From assembly GCA_023898465.1 (NCBI GenBank), contig CP060223.1, positions 960,001 to 1,024,000 of the forward strand: a stretch of 64,000 nt of DNA, in the 5' to 3' direction. Numbering within the stretch: position 1 is the first letter of the stretch; each line of letters opens with the position of its first letter. Below are positions 55,867-64,000 of the stretch, in pieces. Below the pieces are notes generated by a model. That model had not been told where the DNA came from. It was given only the letters and a program-made list of their open reading frames with translations, and ran no database searches. A program made the translations under genes and the position numbers. This DNA comes from Candidatus Nomurabacteria bacterium. GTDB lineage: Bacteria; Patescibacteriota; Patescibacteriia; HK-STAS-PATE-3.

Positions 55867-57000
55867 ATGCTTATGAAACGCTGGCAGAAGATTGTTCTTT
55901 CCGTCGCAGGAGTCTTTTTAATTCCCGGCATAGCTCTGGCAGCTACTATCCAGAGTGGAAATACCTATACTTTAGCCACTAGTGAAACCCTGGAAGGGGC
56001 TTTGTATGTGGCAGCTGGTACAGTAAATGTGGATGGCACAGTCAACGGAGATGTGATGGTGGCTGGTGGCACAGTTACAATCTCCGGCACAGTCAACGGA
56101 GACGTTCTTGCAACAGGCGGGACGGTCTCAGTGACTGGTAGTGTAAGTGAAGATATTCGTTTAGCTGGTGGTCAGTTAACCATTGCCACAACAGTGCCGG
56201 GAGATGTAACAGTTGCCGGTGGATCAGTTACCTTAGAAGATAATGCCGAGGTGATGGGAGATGTGCTAGTGGCCGGCGGTGACCAAATGTTGCACGGCAA
56301 GATCCACGGTAAAGTACGAGCAGCGGGTGGAGATATCACCTTAGCTGGAAGTATTGACGGTGATGTTCGCGTGTATGCTGGTGCGCTTAGCGTGGCTGAT
56401 GGTGCGGTGGTAAACGGTGACCTTACCTATTCCTCGGAGCATGAAGCAAGTATTGCCGCTGGAGCGAATATTGTAGGCACAGTGCATTATGACAAAACCA
56501 CCTATCGCTTAAGCTATGGCTTACTCGGTCTAACTATTGTAAGTCTGATTATCAAATTCCTTGCCTTGATGGTAGCGGCAGTTGTTGTGGCGGCTGGTTT
56601 CCGACGCTACAGCGAGAAGATTGTACACCTCGGACGGATGCAAATTGGTAAGCAGTTTGTGATTGGCTTACTCGTCTTCATTGTTACTCCAATCGCCTTT
56701 GCCATTCTCTTTAGCACGGTTATAGGGAGTATGCTTGGACTTCTCCTCCTTAGCATTTATATAGCCGTACTGATTGGGGCTGGCATCTTTGCTGGCATCC
56801 TTTTTGGAGCTATGGGTATGCGCTTCTTGAAAAAGGATTACCCAGAAAATGGCGACTGGGTTTCCGCCCTCCTAGGAGTATTAGTCTTGCAGCTAATTGT
56901 CCTGATCCCTATCGTGGGTTGGTTAGTCGGATGCTTCTTCTTCCTGCTCGCCCTCGGTAGTATTTGCACTGATAAATGGGTGACGATCAGAGGAAAATAA
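55867..57000 (+). CDS. Bactofilin-like beta-helical repeat protein with signal peptide and a C-terminal polytopic membrane domain
   Basis: Repeated G.V.GDV.V.GG.V.I.G.V.GDV rungs (aa 40-200). Four C-terminal TM helices. Confidence 0.5.
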   Translation: MLMKRWQKIVLSVAGVFLIPGIALAATIQSGNTYTLATSETLEGALYVAAGTVNVDGTVNGDVMVAGGTVTISGTVNGDVLATGGTVSVTGSVSEDIRLAGGQLTIATTVPGDVTVAGGSVTLEDNAEVMGDVLVAGGDQMLHGKIHGKVRAAGGDITLAGSIDGDVRVYAGALSVADGAVVNGDLTYSSEHEASIAAGANIVGTVHYDKTTYRLSYGLLGLTIVSLIIKFLALMVAAVVVAAGFRRYSEKIVHLGRMQIGKQFVIGLLVFIVTPIAFAILFSTVIGSMLGLLLLSIYIAVLIGAGIFAGILFGAMGMRFLKKDYPENGDWVSALLGVLVLQLIVLIPIVGWLVGCFFFLLALGSICTDKWVTIRGK

Positions 57001-57061
57001 CTGAGTAGATAAAGCAAAGGCCCCGGTGAGTACTAGGGGCTTTTGTTATTACCTAGATATC

Positions 57062-58768
57062 TTAGCTCAGTTGCTTTTTTAGCGAATCAAGAATTTTTAC
57101 GTCATGTCGTCGCCATTGCTGCATAGTTGCCGTATTAAGACGCCCACTTTTCAGTAAGGTTGCTAAGTGTTGACCGCTCACAAAGTGTGGCAGGATAACG
57201 TAGTCTGCTCCAGCGTCATAGAGTTGCTGCGCTTCCCAATTTGTATACGCAGTTACGATAGTAGTAGGACGATTTTTTTTGCGGTCCTGTTCACGGAGTA
57301 TGCCCAGCAAAAGTAGCGTGTCATTTAAATCCGGAATAGTTGAAATGATCACTGACGCATCCTCTAGTCGAATATGTTCTTGGATGTCCGGCTCTGTCAC
57401 ATCGCCAAATACAACTCGATAACCATCTTCTTCTAGTCGTTTTGCTACGACTGGGTCAAGGTCAACAATAACCACTTTTTTCTTTTGTATCTTTCGAAGT
57501 AGGTGTCCACCTAAGCGATTTGCCCCAGCAATAACAATTGATCCAGCTGGGATTGCCGGCATGGCTGATTCTTCTTTCGCATTCTTTTTTTCAAAAATAC
57601 CGAGTATTTTTTCAAGTCTAGGATAGAGCTCTTTACTATAAAGAATGAGATAGGTGGATAGTACGATGGTAATAATGCCGACCAGAGTAACAAGTGAAAC
57701 CTCTTGTGATCCAATATGCCCAAGCGTTAATCCCATACTCATGACAATGAGGCTGAATTCAGAAATCTGGGCGACAGTGACACTGGCATAGAAGCTAGTT
57801 TTTTTACGGTATCCCAAAAGCCCCATAATAATCAGCACAATGAGCGGGTTGCCAATCAGGACAAAGAATGAGAGTAAAATTGCTGGTCCAAGTACGGACG
57901 AGAAATCAGAGATGACAAGTGTCGAGCCGAGTACAATGAAGAAAATAACAATGAAGAAATCACGCAGAGGTCGAATTTGTGATTCAATTTGATATTGTTC
58001 TAGCGACTTGGCCAAGGCAACACCGGCTAGGAAGCCACCAATTTCAATAGAGAGGCCAATAATATCACTGGCAACAAAGAGGCTAATGCCAAAGGCCCAG
58101 GCAATACTCGTGACAAAGAGGAGCTCTTGCGATCGGGCAAGTTTTTCAAAAAACCAGGGCAGAACTTTTTGCGATAACCAAAGCATGATGCCAAAGAGGG
58201 CGGCGCTCTTCGCTAAAGTTAAGAGAAAGGGAGTGATTTGTAGACCAGTGGCGTTCTGCTGATAGCTGGCCAAAAAGATAAGCATGAAAATAGCCACCAC
58301 ATCTTGGACAAGCAAGAAGCCTACCACGATGCGGCCATAGAGGCTTTGGAGATCTCGTTTTTCCGATAACAGTTTCACCACGATGATTGTGCTCGAGAAG
58401 GTGATGGCCACTGCGATGTAAAGTGCAGAAACGGTGCTGTAGCCAAGTAGCTTCACAATTCCAAAGCCGATCAAACAGGTAAAAAGAATTTGTCCTACCC
58501 CAGTTAAGAGCGCTGCCCGTCCTACCGTTTTTAATGTATCAAAGCGCATCTGCATACCAACTAAGAAGAGGAGCAAGGTAATACCAAAAGATGCCATCAG
58601 GTCGAGAACGTGTGCGCTCCCATCAAATTCGAGTAAGCCAAATGCTCCAACTAAAATCCCAGCAACCAAGTAGGCCACTAAGGTAGGTTGACGTAGCACT
58701 CGGGCAACGAGTCCGAGAATTGCAGCGAGAACGATGACAAGGGTTACGTCGGCAAATGCAGCAGGCAT
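57062..58768 (-). CDS. kefB: Kef-type K+/H+ antiporter (CPA2) with a C-terminal RCK/TrkA-N domain
   Basis: About 12 TM helices. Rossmann GxGxxG-like IVIAGANRLGGHL. Start placed at the internal ATG (MPAAFADVT). The ORF-track N-terminal extension covers the repeat/leader. Confidence 0.75.
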   Translation of the reverse strand: MPAAFADVTLVIVLAAILGLVARVLRQPTLVAYLVAGILVGAFGLLEFDGSAHVLDLMASFGITLLLFLVGMQMRFDTLKTVGRAALLTGVGQILFTCLIGFGIVKLLGYSTVSALYIAVAITFSSTIIVVKLLSEKRDLQSLYGRIVVGFLLVQDVVAIFMLIFLASYQQNATGLQITPFLLTLAKSAALFGIMLWLSQKVLPWFFEKLARSQELLFVTSIAWAFGISLFVASDIIGLSIEIGGFLAGVALAKSLEQYQIESQIRPLRDFFIVIFFIVLGSTLVISDFSSVLGPAILLSFFVLIGNPLIVLIIMGLLGYRKKTSFYASVTVAQISEFSLIVMSMGLTLGHIGSQEVSLVTLVGIITIVLSTYLILYSKELYPRLEKILGIFEKKNAKEESAMPAIPAGSIVIAGANRLGGHLLRKIQKKKVVIVDLDPVVAKRLEEDGYRVVFGDVTEPDIQEHIRLEDASVIISTIPDLNDTLLLLGILREQDRKKNRPTTIVTAYTNWEAQQLYDAGADYVILPHFVSGQHLATLLKSGRLNTATMQQWRRHDVKILDSLKKQLS

Positions 58769-58780
58769 ATACATAGTATA

Positions 58781-58822
58781 AAGTGACAAGTAATAAGTGA
58801 CAAGTAATAAGTGACAATAGAT
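58781..58822. repeat. 3x tandem 14-bp repeat aagtgacaagtaat in the kef 5' region
   Basis: Copies at 58781-94, 58795-808 (both perfect) and 58809-22 (degenerate). Confidence 0.7.
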
Positions 58823-58885
58823 ACAAAGCAATTTCTCTTTGTTTACTTGTGAGAAAGGCAAGTTACTTGCTATACTTTTGCTGTT

Positions 58886-59530
58886 ATGTTCACACGTAAA
58901 ACATTCATTCTTAGCATAAGCGCGCTTGGTCTGCTTGGTTTGATTTTCGCCTTCACTCGTTCCGGGGGAAATGTGAGTGAATCAAATACCAATACAAGTC
59001 GCGTTGAAGGAGTAGCCACTATGTCTAGTCAGCAGGAGAAGCTTGCCCAGTCGCCGACAGCTGTTGTAGAAACAAATTTCGGGACAATGAAGATTCGCTT
59101 TTATGCAGATGATGCGCCAGAGCTAACAAAAAACTTTATTGAGCTAGCCAAGAGCGGGTATTACGATGGATTAACTTTTCATCGGATTGTCCCGGGTTTT
59201 GTTATTCAGGGTGGTGACCCAAATGGTACAGGTACAGGCGGGCATAGCTATAAAGGTGAGGGTCAGGGCTTAGCCGATGAGCCAGGTGCTTTAGCGCTTA
59301 CGCATGAAGTTGGTGCGGTGGCCTGGGCAAAATCAAGCCTACCGAATTCTATTGGTAGTCAATTCTATATCGCTTTGCAGGAGTTACCAATGCTTGATGG
59401 TGGTTACTCAGTTTTTGGTCAGGTTGTTGAAGGTATGGATGTAGTGCAAAAAGTTGCTGCAGTGCAAACTGATGCCAGTGACATGCCAGTGGATCCGGTG
59501 ACCATTACAAAAGTAAGCTTGTTAGAATAA
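58886..59530 (+). CDS. ppiB: Cyclophilin-type peptidyl-prolyl cis-trans isomerase with N-terminal signal/anchor
   Basis: FHRIVPGFVIQGGDP and later cyclophilin blocks. N-terminal hydrophobic segment. Confidence 0.85.
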   Translation: MFTRKTFILSISALGLLGLIFAFTRSGGNVSESNTNTSRVEGVATMSSQQEKLAQSPTAVVETNFGTMKIRFYADDAPELTKNFIELAKSGYYDGLTFHRIVPGFVIQGGDPNGTGTGGHSYKGEGQGLADEPGALALTHEVGAVAWAKSSLPNSIGSQFYIALQELPMLDGGYSVFGQVVEGMDVVQKVAAVQTDASDMPVDPVTITKVSLLE

Positions 59531-59545
59531 CTTAGCAAAAAAATA

Positions 59546-59578
59546 AAAATCAGCTCGTAAAAAGCTGATTTTTATTTA
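59546..59578. terminator. Bidirectional terminator (ppiB/efp)
   Basis: aaaatcagct-cgtaaaa-agctgatttt palindrome. Confidence 0.6.
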
Positions 59579-59627
59579 GTCAAATTTATGCGCGCTCGAC
59601 CTCTCAACTTGCTCGAAGTCTCGCTCG

Positions 59628-60200
59628 CTACGCTCTCTCGACGTATTCGCCGGTTTCAGTGTTGACGCGGATGACGTCGCCGTTTTTCACAAATGCCGGG
59701 ACGCGGATAGTCGCACCAGTTTCCACTTTTGCTTCTTTTAAAACAGCACCTTGGGCAGTATCACCACGGACAGCGTCTGTGGTTTCTGTTACCGTCAGAG
59801 TTAGCTTCATTGGCAATTCAATAGTAACTGGCTTGCCGTTGTAGTTCATGATATCGACATCGAGTCCCTCAGTCATGAATTGCACTTCGTGTTCGAGTTG
59901 TGTTAGGGGGAGGGAGAATTGGTCGTAGCTTTCCGAGTCCATAAACACGCACTGATCGCCCTCGACATAGAGGAAACTTGCTTTGCCACGGCTAAGATCA
60001 GCCCGCTCTACTCGGTCGCCTGACTTAAAGGTCTGCTCGATAACCCGGCCATCCAACAAGTTTTTCAACTTCGTACGCATGTTCGGCTTACCCTGCGATT
60101 TGCGCATGAAGGATGCTTCCACAATCTTATATGGTGCACCACTCCAGTTAATCACCACGCCGAGTTTTAGGTCGGTGAGGTTTTGTAGAATGTCAGCCAT
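59628..60200 (-). CDS. efp: Elongation factor P
   Basis: 190 aa with KOW-like N-terminus and three-domain length. Confidence 0.85.
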   Translation of the reverse strand: MADILQNLTDLKLGVVINWSGAPYKIVEASFMRKSQGKPNMRTKLKNLLDGRVIEQTFKSGDRVERADLSRGKASFLYVEGDQCVFMDSESYDQFSLPLTQLEHEVQFMTEGLDVDIMNYNGKPVTIELPMKLTLTVTETTDAVRGDTAQGAVLKEAKVETGATIRVPAFVKNGDVIRVNTETGEYVERA

Positions 60201-60203
60201 ATA

Positions 60204-60428
60204 CTATTGAACCACAAATGGGATAAGCGCCATGAAGCGAGCACGCTTGATTGCTTCGGCCAGGCGTCGCTGGTGCTTCATGCAGACACCTGATCGGCGC
60301 CGCGGCACAATCTTCCCATATGAAGAAGTGAAACGCTGCAAGAGGCGAGTATCTTTGTAATCAATGTCTTCGATTGCGTTGACGCAAAAGTGACATGAGT
60401 GAGGTTGGATTTTTTGAGTGTTGTTCAT
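60204..60428 (-). CDS. rpsR: 30S ribosomal protein S18
   Basis: 74 aa. CHFC...IDYKD..LL..F.S..GKI.PRR..G.C.KHQR.L..AIKRAR. Confidence 0.9.
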   Translation of the reverse strand: MNNTQKIQPHSCHFCVNAIEDIDYKDTRLLQRFTSSYGKIVPRRRSGVCMKHQRRLAEAIKRARFMALIPFVVQ

Positions 60429-60429
60429 A

Positions 60430-60870
60430 CTAGAAAGGAATTTCTTCTACATTAATTTCGCCGTCATCAGCTGGGGCCGATTGAGGAGCACTTGCACCAG
60501 CACTGTCCTGTGACGGTGCGCTAGACATCGGGCTTTGGCCAGGTCGGTCAAGCATAATCATATTCTCAGCTACGATTTCTGTTCGGTTTCGCTTATTGCC
60601 TGATGGGTCTTCCCAGTTACGGGTTTGCATGCGACCTTCGATGAAGACGCGGCTACCCTTTTTGAGATATTGACTGCAGGTTTGTGCTAAACCAGACCAG
60701 GCGACAACATTATGGAACTCAGCAGCTTGCTTTCGTTCTCCGCTGTCTCGGTCTTTCCAAGTGCGGTTTGTAGCGACGCCGAATGAGCAGACTGATTGTC
60801 CGTTTGGAGTGTTACGGAGCTCAGGGTCTCGAGTGACGTTGCCGATAATTTGTGCGCGATTGAAATCCAT
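60430..60870 (-). CDS. ssb: Single-stranded DNA-binding protein
   Basis: OB-fold N-terminus. Gly/Ser/Ala/Pro-rich linker. C-terminal acidic tip ending EEIPF. Confidence 0.9.
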   Translation of the reverse strand: MDFNRAQIIGNVTRDPELRNTPNGQSVCSFGVATNRTWKDRDSGERKQAAEFHNVVAWSGLAQTCSQYLKKGSRVFIEGRMQTRNWEDPSGNKRNRTEIVAENMIMLDRPGQSPMSSAPSQDSAGASAPQSAPADDGEINVEEIPF

Positions 60871-60882
60871 AGGTGTGTTTGC

Positions 60883-61380
60883 TTATTTGATGAGATCTTG
60901 TTCAAGGAGCTCGTCGATTTTTTCGTCTAAGTTTTCGAGAGAAGCGCGATCGTCTTCTTTTTCCACCTTGCGAGAAGAGGTGTTTTCCTCTTTTTCATCG
61001 CGTGACTCTTCAGCCTCGCTTTGCGCTTCTGCGCGTCGCTTGGCTTGAATGCGTTCTTGCAATTCCCGCTGGGCTGCTTCCATTTCTGGAGTGCGGACTG
61101 GCAAACGGATAATCTGATGACGTACTAAGTCTTGCTCGAGTCGAAAAATGCGATCGAGCTCAGCTAACTTTGTGCCGTCGATATCAAGCTCAAGAAGGAC
61201 ATAGAAGCCCTGCTTTAAGTGATTAATCTCATAGGCTAAGCGGCGCTTGCCCATGTTTTCGATTTTGGTGATTTGTCCACCAATATCGCTGATGTGCTTT
61301 TGCAACGTAGAAGCGTATTGTTCAGCTTCTTCGTCAGTAAAGCGGGGGTTGATGAGGAGGAGTAATTCGTAGTGTTGCAT
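60883..61380 (-). CDS. rpsF: 30S ribosomal protein S6 with an acidic C-terminal extension
   Basis: MQHYELLLLINP... First gene of the rpsF-ssb-rpsR operon. Start trimmed to the internal ATG. Confidence 0.85.
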   Translation of the reverse strand: MQHYELLLLINPRFTDEEAEQYASTLQKHISDIGGQITKIENMGKRRLAYEINHLKQGFYVLLELDIDGTKLAELDRIFRLEQDLVRHQIIRLPVRTPEMEAAQRELQERIQAKRRAEAQSEAEESRDEKEENTSSRKVEKEDDRASLENLDEKIDELLEQDLIK

Positions 61381-61688
61381 ATGCTGAATTAAGAATATCG
61401 CACGGATGGCGGACCCGGGCGATGTAGACTTAGCTATATCGTGCGGGGGCCCTTGAGGGGTAATCCTTACTTCGCATAGAGCTCGAAGGACTGTCCGCAA
61501 TCTCGTTGTAAAAGCACCCTAACACAGGGTTATTTTTTTGGCAAGGGTAGAGAAAGTAAAGCACGAAACTCCAAATACAAGGCTCTAAACAAATTCTAAA
61601 TCCAAAACATTTACTAAATAGACTGAATTTAGGTCATTGAAATTTCTTATTTGTTTGGATATTCGATATTAGTATTTAGAATTTATCT

Positions 61689-62921
61689 ATGAGACTGTGC
61701 TACACTTCTCCTATGCCCCAGTATTACTTTATTCTTGGTAAAAACCCGAAGCTCTCTTTAGCAGAGCTAGACCAAGCCCTGCAGACTCGTGCCATTACCA
61801 GCGAAGTGGTGGCTCGTGCTTCTGACTACTGTATTTTGGAGACCAAAGAAGAGTTAAATCTGGTGGAGTTATTGCAGCACTTGGGAGGTACACTGAAGGC
61901 AGGGCAAATACTTGAAGGGCTTTCTTCACGAGATGAAGTACAAAGTATCTGCGCAAATGTAGATTGGGCAGAGAAAAAACTACCGCTCACAAAACATCGG
62001 GCAGAATTTGGTATAAGCGTCTACGGGACAAAAAAGTCTGGACCCTTAAGTAAGCGCTATGGTCTAGGTTTAAAAAAAGCATTGCAGTCAATTGGACATT
62101 CTGTGCGGATGATTTTTGATCCAAGCGGCCAACTCAGCAGTGTTACCGTAGCAAAGAATGGATTACTGAGTAAGGGTTTTGAGCTTTGCGTGTTAGAAAG
62201 TGCCACTCAACATTGGCTTGGACTTAGTCAGGCAGTGCAATCATTCCGCAAGTTTAGTGAGCGGGATTATGGCCGACCTGACCGTGATGCGCGCAATGGC
62301 ATGCTTCCGCCAAAGTTGGCACTCATGATGCTTAATATTGCGGGCGCAAAAAGCGGAAGCGTCGTGCTCGATCCTTTTTGTGGATCAGGTACTGTACTGC
62401 AAGAAGCACTTTTGCTGGGATGCAAAAAAGTTTATGGTTCGGATATTAGCGAGAAGGCGGTAAAAGATTCGCAAAATAATGTACAGTGGCTTAGTACGCA
62501 GGAGAAGTCGATTGGCACTGTGCAGATACGTAAAGTTGACGCTCGTCAGCTGCGTCCTACCTATGTCGCAGAGTCGGTTGATGTGATTGTGACCGAGCCA
62601 GACCTTGGTCCGCCGCGACCGGCGCGTAACGAGGAGCAAATAGAAGAACGACGACAAGAAGCCATTGCTTTGTATCGATCTTTCTTATCATCAGCGACCA
62701 AGGTGTTGAAGGCAAACGGTCGGGTGGTTATGGCTTGGCCCGTTTGGTCTCTGCAGGATACTCGTTATCACTTGCATCCAAAGAAAATACTACCAGACGG
62801 CTGGACACTACTTTGGCCCTATGGTGATCTAGTATCGCAGGATGGTGAAAAGACCTTGCTCTATGAGCGACCAGGTCAGTTTGTAGCTCGTGAGATTGTG
62901 ATACTCTCCCCAAATAAATAG
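61689..62921 (+). CDS. Class I SAM-dependent RNA methyltransferase with a THUMP-like N-terminal region (RlmL/Trm14-like)
   Basis: Motif I VLDPFCGSGTV. Acidic residue after beta2 (YGSDIS). Motif IV-like VTEPDLGPP. Confidence 0.6.
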   Translation: MRLCYTSPMPQYYFILGKNPKLSLAELDQALQTRAITSEVVARASDYCILETKEELNLVELLQHLGGTLKAGQILEGLSSRDEVQSICANVDWAEKKLPLTKHRAEFGISVYGTKKSGPLSKRYGLGLKKALQSIGHSVRMIFDPSGQLSSVTVAKNGLLSKGFELCVLESATQHWLGLSQAVQSFRKFSERDYGRPDRDARNGMLPPKLALMMLNIAGAKSGSVVLDPFCGSGTVLQEALLLGCKKVYGSDISEKAVKDSQNNVQWLSTQEKSIGTVQIRKVDARQLRPTYVAESVDVIVTEPDLGPPRPARNEEQIEERRQEAIALYRSFLSSATKVLKANGRVVMAWPVWSLQDTRYHLHPKKILPDGWTLLWPYGDLVSQDGEKTLLYERPGQFVAREIVILSPNK

Positions 62922-62991
62922 CCTTGACATTGATGTCGGCATTACTTATGTTGGCAGTGTTTGTTGCACCTTAAAGAGGAGGGAAGAGTCG

Positions 62992-63180
62992 ATGGGAGAT
63001 TGTGAGGGTGAACACGAGGGCGTTAGGACTGGACTTACGGAAGTCTACTGGGATCCCAAATCAGGGAAGTTTCTATATAGAGGCCGTACGCGTCCGGGTG
63101 TGCCCAGTGAAAGGTCCATCAAGTCGAAGCTCGGGGAGAAGTCGAAATCTCGAAAGAAAAGGAGTGGCAAGAAGAAATGA
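62992..63180 (+). CDS. Small Lys/Arg-rich hypothetical protein (cassette H)
   Basis: GAGGAGGGAAG Shine-Dalgarno before the ATG. 62 aa ending SRKKRSGKKK. Terminator 63191-63222. Confidence 0.35.
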   Translation: MGDCEGEHEGVRTGLTEVYWDPKSGKFLYRGRTRPGVPSERSIKSKLGEKSKSRKKRSGKKK

Positions 63181-63616
63181 GGCGGCGTATGGCGACACAT
63201 CAGGACGATGGTCGCCTTTTTCTTATAAAAAGCAAAAAGCTGAGATAGTGACTAGTTTCAAAAAATGAACGAAAAAGAGACTGACACAGAGGCCAGTCTC
63301 TTTGGAATTCAATCAGATCGCGTTATCGAACACGAGTCCCCATCATTTGTTGACGGGGCCGCGGAATGACGCGGGGAGGTGGCGAGGGTCGAGTGGTGCG
63401 TCTGCTTTGGATGAGCAGGCGGGCCGCCATTCGTACAGCAAATCGTCCGTCAACACAAGGGCGAAGTCCGTATTTGAAATTCGCCCACAGGGTTCTCCTG
63501 TTCGTGGCGATCATGCCAGTCCTTTCGTTGCAGTGTGGAAAGTGCATTCCCTCCACTAACATAGCTAGTATAGCGCGTTCCTATACGACTGCAAGTGGAT
63601 AGCGTACAATGCACAT

Positions 63617-64000
63617 ATGTCAGAACGATTACAGAAATTTATTGCCCGTTCGAGTCAGTATTCGCGACGCCGAGCTGAGGAGCTCATGAAAAGCGGTGTG
63701 GTAAAAGTAAACGGCCAGGTTATTCGCCAACTCGGCACCAGTGTAAATCCAGAAGAAGACGTGGTGGAGGTGCTTGGTAAGAGGGTGAATCCAGAAACGC
63801 GGATCCGCTACATAGTTGTACATAAGCCGCGCGGGTATGTGTGTACACGGGCGCGTCATGCAAAAGAAAAAACAGTCTACGACCTTGTGCCAAATAGTCG
63901 AGACCTGGTGATTGCTGGGCGCTTGGACAAAGAGTCAGAGGGTCTCGTACTACTCACCAATGATGGCGCATTAGTGCAGCAGCTGACCCATCCTAGTTAC
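63617..64000 (+). CDS. Pseudouridine synthase, RsuA/RluB family (N-terminal S4 domain; partial, continues beyond the window)
   Basis: MSERLQKFIARSSQYSRRRAEELMKSGVVKVNGQV (S4 domain), then KPRGYVCT and GRLD..SEGL catalytic motif. Confidence 0.8.
   Translation, partial: MSERLQKFIARSSQYSRRRAEELMKSGVVKVNGQVIRQLGTSVNPEEDVVEVLGKRVNPETRIRYIVVHKPRGYVCTRARHAKEKTVYDLVPNSRDLVIAGRLDKESEGLVLLTNDGALVQQLTHPSY

Noticed and set aside
58769-58861. N-terminal 31-aa extension of the Kef antiporter ORF (MPFSQVNKEKLLCIYCHLLLVTYYLSLYT)
   Set aside because: This is the translation of the 14-bp tandem repeat region. The start was moved to the internal ATG before the first TM helix.
63302-63602. Track ORFs 63302-63559 (+), 63366-63602 (+) and 63323-63562 (-)
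   Set aside because: Non-ATG starts or no Shine-Dalgarno, Arg/Pro/Gly-rich low-complexity products, and mutually overlapping frames. Interpreted as GC-rich non-coding or structured sequence instead.
1-64000. CRISPR arrays, cas genes, integrases, transposases, IS elements, restriction-modification genes
   Set aside because: None seen by eye. No short regularly spaced repeats, and no DDE/tyrosine-recombinase-like ORFs. The GC-rich cassettes therefore cannot be called classical mobile elements from this window alone.

Overview
Dense, gene-rich chromosomal window that contains the replication origin of a small-genome bacterium. Gene content (LTD/PKD/FG-GAP surface proteins, FemAB, type IV pilus ATPase, DUF1003, many overlapping genes) suggests Patescibacteria/CPR; this is an inference, and no rRNA gene is present to confirm it. 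The window spans the dnaN<-dnaA | rpmH-rnpA-yidD-yidC oriC architecture with DnaA boxes. Around it sits a conserved informational-gene backbone: tsaE, tsaD, valS with a T-box leader, polA, holA, rpsT, uvrB, ruvA, rpoB-rpoC, ftsK, rodZ-like, recA, a tandem Ddl fusion, efp, rpsF-ssb-rpsR, a Mur ligase and tRNA-Arg(CCG). Interleaved between these lower-GC core genes are at least eight short, visibly GC-richer cassettes. Each has the same layout: a TTGAC -35-like hexamer, near-perfect AGGAGG Shine-Dalgarno sites, small Arg/Cys-rich ORFs, and a strong hairpin terminator. They encode, among others, a secreted beta-barrel protein with an outer-membrane-type C-terminus, DUF218, Prs, an IMP-cyclohydrolase-like MGS domain, and DnaJ-type and ribbon-type zinc-finger mini-proteins. 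No integrase, transposase or CRISPR array was seen. A cluster of three large surface proteins (LTD/PKD, beta-helix, FG-GAP) shares a Cys-rich module in its last two genes. All composition statements are by-eye estimates and were not computed.
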